From IMG/VR virus record IMGVR_UViG_3300048631_000054, positions 1 through 31,351 of that record: 31,351 nt of DNA. The stretch is one strand, 5' to 3'. Shown piece by piece: positions 24,860 to 31,351 of this stretch. This DNA comes from a virus (taxonomy: Duplodnaviria; Caudoviricetes). The position numbers were made by a program, and so were the translations under genes. The notes under the pieces are model-generated. The model searched no databases, was not told where the DNA came from, and worked only from the letters and a program-made list of their open reading frames with translations. Within the stretch, counting starts at the first letter, position 1. Each line of letters opens with the position of its first letter.

Positions 24860-26818
24860 ATGTTCGATAGCAAGGAAACACAATATCAGGCTCTCGCTTC
24901 TTGGTTATCATACCGCTTAGAAGGCTGGAGAACTCACAGAGACGTTAACTATGTCACCCAATGGGATGAATACTATCGTCTATGGCGTGGTATCTGGTTA
25001 CAGTCCGACAGAACTAGAGAATCCGAGAAATCAAGAATTATATCACCTGCTTTACAACAGGCAGTTGAGTCATCTGTTGCAGAATTAGAAGAAGCTACGT
25101 TCGGTAGAGGTAAATGGTTTGATTTACAAGATGACCACCTAGACCAAGACCCTTCAGATGCTGAATTTATACGTAACCTACTACAAGAAGACCTAGAAAA
25201 GACTGGTGTTAAGGATGCTGTGTGTGAAATCTTCCTTAACGCTGCTATTTACGGAACTGGTGTAGGTAAGATTGTTGTTGAACAGAATATAGAGCGTTCT
25301 CCTGTAGAAATGCCTGTTGAAGGTACGATGACTTCTACACGTCAGCTAACTGAGTACCCTGTTATTGATGTTAAGATAGAACCTATCTCACCTAAGGAGT
25401 TTTTAATTGACCCATCGGCTAATTCGATTAACGAAGCGTTGGGCGTTGCTCATGAAGTCATTAAGCCAAGGTATCATGTTGTTGATGGTATTAAGTCTGG
25501 TATCTATCGTGATGTTCCCCTTGATGGTGATTATGATACTGTACGTTTTGGCTTCGACCCTGAATCTAAGATGGCAGATGAGTCAGACTCGGTTAAGATT
25601 ACGGAATACTGGGGTCTGGTTCCTAAGAGATTCTTAAAACCTAAGGTTGATAAGGATGACTTTGAGTATTCTAAGAAAGATGAGCTAGTTGAAGCTGTTG
25701 TTACCTTAGTAAATGATACTTATATTCTTAGAGCTGAAGAGAATGCCTTTATGATGAAGGATAGACCATTCATTAGCTACCAACACGACATAGTTCCTAA
25801 CAAATTCTGGGGTAGAGGTGTCTGCGAGAAAGGATACAACCCCCAAAAAGCACTAGATGCAGAGATGAGAGCTAGGATTGACTCACTTGCACTAACAACT
25901 ACACCTATGATGGCTGCCGATGCAACCAGATTACCTAGAGGTGTCAAGTTTGAGGTCCGACCTGGTAAAACTATCCTAACGAATGGTGACCCAAGAAATG
26001 CTATCATGCCTCTTAATATGGGAACCACAGACCAAAATACATTTACTCAGGTTGCCTCACTTCAAAACATGATTCAGATGGGAACTGGCTCTGCTGACGT
26101 AGGTTCAGCTGATAGAGCTACGTCTTCTGGTATGTCAATGGCACAATCTGCTTCTATTAAGAGACAGAAACGTACATTGATGAACTTCCAGAACACTTTC
26201 CTTATTCCGATGATTAATAAATCAATGTGGCGTAAGATTCAGTTCGATGTTGAACGCTACCCTGTCAATGATTACAAGTTTGTTCCTTATTCTACGATGG
26301 GAATCATGGCTAAAGAGTTAGAGATGACTCAAATGGTCCAGATGTTGCAAGCTATTCCTAAAGATTCACCTGCTTTCAACGTGATTCTACTAGCTATGAT
26401 GCAGAACTCATCTATTCATAACAGAGACCAGATTGTTAATGGTCTTATGCAAGGTAATCAACCTAACCCTGAGCAACAACAGCAACAACAGATGGCTGTT
26501 CAGTTACAAATTGCACAGGCACAAGCTGATATTGCTAAGACACAAGCTGAAGCTGAAGAAGAGAAAGCTAAAGCTGCTAAATGGTATGCGGAAGCTCAAG
26601 AACTTGCTCCTAATGAGATTAAGATTCAAGAAAAGATACTTAAACTTCAGAAAGACCAGATGAGCATGGAGAAAACAAGAGCTGATATTAACAATAAGAA
26701 CTCTGAGACTGCTAGAAACATACCAGAAGTAGAACATTTGAAGTCTGAGACGATATTGAACATGGCTAACGCTAGAGCAACTGCAGCTAAGACACCTATT
26801 ACAGGAACTTATCAGTGA
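24860..26818 (+). CDS. Portal protein with C-terminal coiled-coil barrel (P22-like organisation)
   Basis: Follows terL; YGTGVGK, F.IDP.A, FWGRG motifs; Gln-rich coiled-coil tail. Confidence 0.9.
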   Translation: MFDSKETQYQALASWLSYRLEGWRTHRDVNYVTQWDEYYRLWRGIWLQSDRTRESEKSRIISPALQQAVESSVAELEEATFGRGKWFDLQDDHLDQDPSDAEFIRNLLQEDLEKTGVKDAVCEIFLNAAIYGTGVGKIVVEQNIERSPVEMPVEGTMTSTRQLTEYPVIDVKIEPISPKEFLIDPSANSINEALGVAHEVIKPRYHVVDGIKSGIYRDVPLDGDYDTVRFGFDPESKMADESDSVKITEYWGLVPKRFLKPKVDKDDFEYSKKDELVEAVVTLVNDTYILRAEENAFMMKDRPFISYQHDIVPNKFWGRGVCEKGYNPQKALDAEMRARIDSLALTTTPMMAADATRLPRGVKFEVRPGKTILTNGDPRNAIMPLNMGTTDQNTFTQVASLQNMIQMGTGSADVGSADRATSSGMSMAQSASIKRQKRTLMNFQNTFLIPMINKSMWRKIQFDVERYPVNDYKFVPYSTMGIMAKELEMTQMVQMLQAIPKDSPAFNVILLAMMQNSSIHNRDQIVNGLMQGNQPNPEQQQQQQMAVQLQIAQAQADIAKTQAEAEEEKAKAAKWYAEAQELAPNEIKIQEKILKLQKDQMSMEKTRADINNKNSETARNIPEVEHLKSETILNMANARATAAKTPITGTYQ

Positions 26819-27051
26819 AGACTGATGAACAATTCCTAAAAGATAGATTAGAAGTATTTGAGACAGATGGTTGGAAAGACCTTGTAGAAGAATTAAAGAA
26901 CATTGAAGATAGTGTACGAGACGTTGACACTATGAAGAATGAACAAGACCTTTGGCACGCTAAGGGTCAGTTACACCTACTAGGATATGTAATTAGCTTA
27001 GAAAGTGCAACTAAAATAGCGATGGAACAAGCGGAAACGCCTCCATCTTAA
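26815..27051 (+). CDS. Small protein between portal and scaffold
   Basis: GTGA coupling; F.T.GWK..KGQL pattern. Confidence 0.75.
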   Translation: MKTDEQFLKDRLEVFETDGWKDLVEELKNIEDSVRDVDTMKNEQDLWHAKGQLHLLGYVISLESATKIAMEQAETPPS

Positions 27052-27087
27052 TAAAACTTCATAATCCTGCAAAGGACGGAGACCAAA

Positions 27088-27900
27088 ATGAGTATAGTAG
27101 TAGATGATGCGCCTACAGAGGTGGCAGAACAGGTAACAGAAACGACAGAGGTTGTACAAGATGTTCAAGAACAGGTAGTCTCAGAAGACGTAACTACCCA
27201 ACCTGAATATACACCTCCTGAGAAGTATGCTGGGAAGACACTTGAGGATGTGATTGAGATGCACCTAAATGCTGAGAAGGTATTAGGTAAACAAGGTCAA
27301 ACAGTTGGAGAACAGAAACAATTAATTCAACAACTGTTAGATACTCAAACACAAGCTACATCCGCTGCTGAACCAGAAGAAGAAGCTGTCAGTTTCGAGG
27401 ACACTTTCTACGATGACCCTGCTAAGGCAGTAAATTCAGCGATAGAAAACCACCCCGAGATTGTCAAAGCTAGGGAAGGTAACGCTAAGTCAGCTCAACA
27501 GGCTAACTTAACGCAACTTGAAGCGACACATCCTGATTTTATGGATGTTGTTGGTGACAGTGGCTTCCAGAAGTGGGTAGGAGAGAGTGGTATTCGTACC
27601 GAACTATTCCGCAGAGCCGATGCTGACTATGACTTTAATGCTGCGAATGAATTACTAGGGACTTGGAAACAAATCTCAATGATTGGTAAGACACAAGAAG
27701 TAAAGAAAGCAGAGAAAGTTAAGAGAGATAAGGCAATGCGACAAACTAGTTCAGAGACTCGCTCCTCAGGTGATTCTGTTGGTGGTAAAAAGATGTATCG
27801 TAGGTCTGATTTAATTCAGCTACAAATAAGTGACCCAACTAGATACGCAGACTTAGCTGATGAGATTCAGCAAGCTTACGCAGAAGGTAGAGTCAAATAA
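27088..27900 (+). CDS. Capsid scaffolding protein
   Basis: Acidic N-terminus, PEKYAGKT motif, coiled coil, C-terminal AYAEGRVK; precedes the capsid gene. Confidence 0.85.
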   Translation: MSIVVDDAPTEVAEQVTETTEVVQDVQEQVVSEDVTTQPEYTPPEKYAGKTLEDVIEMHLNAEKVLGKQGQTVGEQKQLIQQLLDTQTQATSAAEPEEEAVSFEDTFYDDPAKAVNSAIENHPEIVKAREGNAKSAQQANLTQLEATHPDFMDVVGDSGFQKWVGESGIRTELFRRADADYDFNAANELLGTWKQISMIGKTQEVKKAEKVKRDKAMRQTSSETRSSGDSVGGKKMYRRSDLIQLQISDPTRYADLADEIQQAYAEGRVK

Positions 27901-27927
27901 TATAAAACTCAATAAGGAGAAATACAC

Positions 27928-28788
27928 ATGGCATTAGGTACAAATAATACAACTGCTGCTGTTGCTGGTAATTTCATCCCTGAACTTTGGTCGGATGAGG
28001 TTATTGGTGCATATAAATCTAACTTAGTTTTAGCTAACTTAGTTACTAAACTTTCACATAAAGGTAAGAAGGGCGATACTATTAATATCCCTAAACCTGC
28101 TCGTGGTTCAGCTTCTGTTAAGGCAGCTGGCGCACAAGTTACTTTAAGTGCTGCTACAAATACAAATGTAGGCATTTCAATTAACAAGCACTACGAATAC
28201 TCGAAGTTAATCGAGGACATCGCAGAAGTACAAGCTTTAGCTTCAATGCGTAAGTTCTACACTGACGATGCTGGTTATGCTCTAGCTACACAAGTAGAGT
28301 CTGACTTATTCGGCACTATGACAGGCGGTTCGTTTGTTACTGGCGCTGGTGCAGCTTGGACTTCTGGTACTGGTGGTGTTATCACTGATGCTGGTCTTCG
28401 TAAGATGATTCTTACATTAGATAATGCAGATGTTCCTATGGATAATCGTTCAATCGTGCTACCACCCGTAGCTTCTAACTCTATGTTAGGTATCGACAGA
28501 TTCACTGAGCAACAGTTCATTGGTTCTGGTGATGCGATTAAGACTGGTAAGATTGGCGCAATCTACGGTATCGATGTATTCGTTACTAACTCTGCTCCTA
28601 CTACTGGTTCTAACCGTGAAGGCGTAATCTTCCATAGAGATGCTGCTGTACTAGCCGAGCAAGTTGGCGTTCGTACACAGACTCAGTACAAACAAGAATA
28701 CTTAGGTGATTTGTTTACTGCTGATACTATCTACGGAATCGGTGAGTTACGTTCTGAAGCTTCAGTAGCATTTAAAGTTGCTGTATAG
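27928..28788 (+). CDS. Major capsid protein (HK97 fold)
   Basis: AAGGAG RBS; FIPELWS, KGDTINIP, IYGIDVF, ADTIYG motifs; followed by a terminator. Confidence 0.93.
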   Translation: MALGTNNTTAAVAGNFIPELWSDEVIGAYKSNLVLANLVTKLSHKGKKGDTINIPKPARGSASVKAAGAQVTLSAATNTNVGISINKHYEYSKLIEDIAEVQALASMRKFYTDDAGYALATQVESDLFGTMTGGSFVTGAGAAWTSGTGGVITDAGLRKMILTLDNADVPMDNRSIVLPPVASNSMLGIDRFTEQQFIGSGDAIKTGKIGAIYGIDVFVTNSAPTTGSNREGVIFHRDAAVLAEQVGVRTQTQYKQEYLGDLFTADTIYGIGELRSEASVAFKVAV

Positions 28789-28802
28789 TAGTTAGTTAAA
28801 CG

Positions 28803-28832
28803 TAGCACCTGTTAAGACAAGGGTGCTATTTT
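28803..28832 (+). terminator. Rho-independent terminator after the capsid gene
   Basis: TAGCACC...GGTGCTA stem followed by TTTT. Confidence 0.8.
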
Positions 28833-28853
28833 GAATTAATTATTAGTTGAGTT

Positions 28854-29090
28854 ATGCCATTATTTACTTATACGTGTAATAACAACCACGCCACATCATC
28901 GGTAGTTAAGTACGATGATAGGGAAGAACCACAAGTCTGTTCTGACTGTGGAGAACCTTCCTACTATGAACAAACATTCTGTACTAATTTCCAATATGGT
29001 AAAGACTATAGCTCATTCGGAGCTGATAGACATAAGTGGAACTTACGTGAGAACCATAGAAATAAAACTGTAGGCAAGAACTACGACTAG
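28854..29090 (+). CDS. FmdB-like zinc-ribbon protein
   Basis: MPLFTYTCNNNH...CSDCG. Confidence 0.75.
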   Translation: MPLFTYTCNNNHATSSVVKYDDREEPQVCSDCGEPSYYEQTFCTNFQYGKDYSSFGADRHKWNLRENHRNKTVGKNYD

Positions 29091-29099
29091 GAGAATTAC

Positions 29100-29663
29100 A
29101 TGAGTTGCGGTACACCACATTTAGATATATTTGAAGACTCAACTGGAAACCTTGAATTAGAAAGATTCAAGATTAAGCTTAGAGAGATATGGTCTCGTAT
29201 CTTAGAAGAAACTTACGAAGAGGGAGGTGACGCGTCTAAGGAAGATTACCTACAGAATAACGCTCTGAGATTTAACGATGAACCTCAAGAGGAAACGGAA
29301 GTAGATAATCTAATGGCAATGTTGGAAGACTTACTCAATCCTAAGGAGGAATTGGACGATGTTAAAAGTGAAGGTAAAGCTCCTACGTACAATGGGAGTC
29401 AACTTAAAGCTAACAATGAGAAAGGTACGACTGAAACTACTACGTACCAAGTAAAACATTCAGCAACTAAGACACCTGGAGATTCAACTACTACAATTAA
29501 ATCAGGTTCTTACGACACACCTACTAGTGGTAAGATAGCCACAAGAAAAGATGCTAGAGTAATTAGAAGCTTTGCTCCTGTCGCAGAACAGATGATAGAT
29601 GAACTTAGAGCTTTAGCTGACAGACAACGAATTGGCGTTAAGAAATTTAGAGATAGAATTTAA
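29100..29663 (+). CDS. Hypothetical protein in the structural module
   Basis: AGGAG RBS; acidic helical N-half, Thr/Lys-rich C-half. Confidence 0.7.
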   Translation: MSCGTPHLDIFEDSTGNLELERFKIKLREIWSRILEETYEEGGDASKEDYLQNNALRFNDEPQEETEVDNLMAMLEDLLNPKEELDDVKSEGKAPTYNGSQLKANNEKGTTETTTYQVKHSATKTPGDSTTTIKSGSYDTPTSGKIATRKDARVIRSFAPVAEQMIDELRALADRQRIGVKKFRDRI

Positions 29664-30448
29664 TGGCTAGAAGAGGCGTACAGCACTGGAAGAAAAGAAA
29701 AGCGATTGCCGCTTATCTCTTTAGACGGAGATGGTGGGCTATTACTTTAGAGTTTAAAGACGTTCTTACATTAACTGACTTAGTAGAGGTTACAGCCCCT
29801 GGTCAACACAATGTAGAATACGGTGATGACTTCGGCTTTACAGAAACACTAGACTTTGCTACAGCTTTAAATAAAACAGACGTAGTAAACATCTTAGAAG
29901 ATGTGTCTCTTTCATTCGCAAGAGATTTAACTACAGATTCGTTCGGCTTCAGCGACACTTTGTCCTCTAACTTTAATAAAGTACTTGAAGATGCTACAGT
30001 AGATAATGTTACTTTCTCTGACCAGTTAGATATTCTATTTAACCTTGCAGGTTTAACAGACGATATTATCTTCACAGAGACCTACTCGAAGAAACTAACT
30101 AAAGCATTAACAGATGGGTTCGCAATCGATGATGCTCTTGTTGTAGACAAAGAAGTTATCTTCAACAAGCAGAATGTTGTATCTTTTGCTACCGATATTT
30201 ATAATTGGAACTTCGGTAAAGGTCTCTCAGAGACTTTAACACTTAACGAAGTCATAGGTAAAACTATATCTAAAACCTTTTCAGATGGTTTTGGTATTGC
30301 AGAAACTAGTAGCAATAAAGAAATTGCTCTTAATAAAACGGAAGGGGTTACTATTGACCATCCAAACTCAGGGGATTTTGCTATTACAGGCAACTTCTCT
30401 AATCGTAAATTAGGCGGAGAGCCGTTTAATAAACTAACCTTTAATTAA
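29663..30448 (+). CDS. Repeat-containing putative virion protein
   Basis: About 11 D-x-hydrophobic-x-hydrophobic-x-D/E repeats at roughly 18-21 aa spacing; basic Trp-rich N-terminus. Confidence 0.7.
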   Translation: MARRGVQHWKKRKAIAAYLFRRRWWAITLEFKDVLTLTDLVEVTAPGQHNVEYGDDFGFTETLDFATALNKTDVVNILEDVSLSFARDLTTDSFGFSDTLSSNFNKVLEDATVDNVTFSDQLDILFNLAGLTDDIIFTETYSKKLTKALTDGFAIDDALVVDKEVIFNKQNVVSFATDIYNWNFGKGLSETLTLNEVIGKTISKTFSDGFGIAETSSNKEIALNKTEGVTIDHPNSGDFAITGNFSNRKLGGEPFNKLTFN

Positions 30449-30462
30449 CTCGGAGAATTAAT

Positions 30463-30903
30463 ATGATTAAAGAAAACTTAAAAATGACTGGCTCGCTTGA
30501 GATTGCTATCAATGGTGATACAGTTTGTGAAACACATAACTTAGTTGTAGCTGTAGGTAAAGAACACGTAACAGCTAGATTAAGAGACGATGGTAGTGAC
30601 GGTGCTATGTCTCATATGGCTATTGGTACAGGTACAGGTGCTGCTGCAGCTGCTGATACCGCTTTAGGAACAGAAGCTGTACGTACTGTTTTTGATGCTA
30701 CTGCTGATATTACTGGTACTAATACTATTAAGTTTGTAACTACTTTTGCTGCTGTAGGTTCAGGTTCTGATGTAGCTGTGACAGAGGCTGGTATTTTCAA
30801 TGCTTCTTCTACAGGTACTATGTTGGCTAGAACTGTATTTGGTGCTGTGAATAAAGGTGCTGATGACGTAATGACTATTACTTGGACTATTACTGTATCT
30901 TAA
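30463..30903 (+). CDS. Putative virion structural protein
   Basis: NLVV..GK, MAIGTG, DTALGTE, VTEAGIFNA, MLAR..F..VNK, ITWTIT beta-rich motifs; GGAG RBS. Confidence 0.72.
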   Translation: MIKENLKMTGSLEIAINGDTVCETHNLVVAVGKEHVTARLRDDGSDGAMSHMAIGTGTGAAAAADTALGTEAVRTVFDATADITGTNTIKFVTTFAAVGSGSDVAVTEAGIFNASSTGTMLARTVFGAVNKGADDVMTITWTITVS

Positions 30904-30925
30904 TATAAATATATAGGAGAGCCTT

Positions 30926-31351
30926 ATGGCTGTTAAATTTACTAACAACGCCTCGACTACTCTAACTGCGTCAGTAGCTGTAGACGATACATCTATTGCT
31001 GTAGCTAGTGTCAGTGGCTTTCCTGATATTTCAAGTTCAGGTTATTACTATGTAACGATTGATTCAGAGGTTCTGAAGGTTACTGCTGCTAGTGGTACTA
31101 CACTGACTATTGATGCTGCTGTTTCTAGTCACACTAGTGCTGCTGGTGTTGAGTTAAGAGTAGCTGCTGAAGTATTAGAAGATATAAGGACTGAGACTAC
31201 TTATACAGCTACAGGGTTAGTTGCAGTTAGCGCTAGTAATGTTATAAGCACTACTGCTAATAACTATACCCACCCTAACCACTCAGGAGATGTAGTTTCC
31301 GCAGCAGACGGAGCAATGACTATTCAAGTGGATGCGGTGGATATTGCTATG
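30926..31351 (+). CDS. Tail fibre protein, N-terminal part (runs off the end and continues at the window start)
   Basis: AGGAG RBS; MAVKFTNNASTTL..GFP..EVLKVTA..VELRV; in frame with ORF 107..1012 through the terminal repeat. Confidence 0.88.
   Translation, partial: MAVKFTNNASTTLTASVAVDDTSIAVASVSGFPDISSSGYYYVTIDSEVLKVTAASGTTLTIDAAVSSHTSAAGVELRVAAEVLEDIRTETTYTATGLVAVSASNVISTTANNYTHPNHSGDVVSAADGAMTIQVDAVDIAM
31210..31351. repeat. Terminal direct repeat, copy 2
   Basis: Matches 1..142 with one mismatch. Confidence 0.97.

Noticed and set aside
696-30948. Many alternative-frame and antisense ORFs in the track (e.g. 696..929, 993..1199, 3806..4033, 4123..4569, 8695..8967, 14447..14728, 25777..26028, 27909..28187, 29803..30075)
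   Set aside because: They lie within well-supported genes, lack RBSs and recognisable motifs, and are expected shadows of biased codon usage.
1-31351. Stop-codon reassignment suggested by frequent TAG trinucleotides
   Set aside because: All core genes are intact in the standard code and TAG ends several genes (capsid, PolA, 12175..12573).

Overview
This window is an essentially complete, circularly permuted genome (about 31.2 kb, AT-rich) of a small lytic podovirus-type phage, probably aquatic; the host cannot be determined from sequence alone. The two ends share a 142-bp repeat with one mismatch that splits a tail-fibre gene. The + strand arm (23158 through the junction to 12573) encodes terminase, portal, scaffold, capsid, fibres, a 2OG-Fe(II) oxygenase, a membrane/lysis-like cluster, tail adaptor, nozzle and needle, and three ejection proteins. 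The - strand arm (22156 down to 12570) encodes small early genes and a T7-like replisome (SSB, primase-helicase, family A DNA polymerase), a Cas4-like nuclease and RusA. I recognised no RNA polymerase, integrase, endolysin, tRNA or CRISPR array. The most unusual element lies at the divergence point: a roughly 370-nt imperfect hairpin (22079-22447) whose non-Watson-Crick pairs are mostly G-T on the + strand and whose tip has a DNA-type GA/GC-ACA-GC/GA motif. When folded it assembles a TTGACC -35 element and a mismatch bubble at the -10 position, aimed at an orphan gene that has its own terminator. A longer-range inverted repeat encloses the unit, and DnaA boxes lie nearby. This is a candidate single-stranded-DNA-dependent promoter or priming module in a dsDNA phage; that function is inference.
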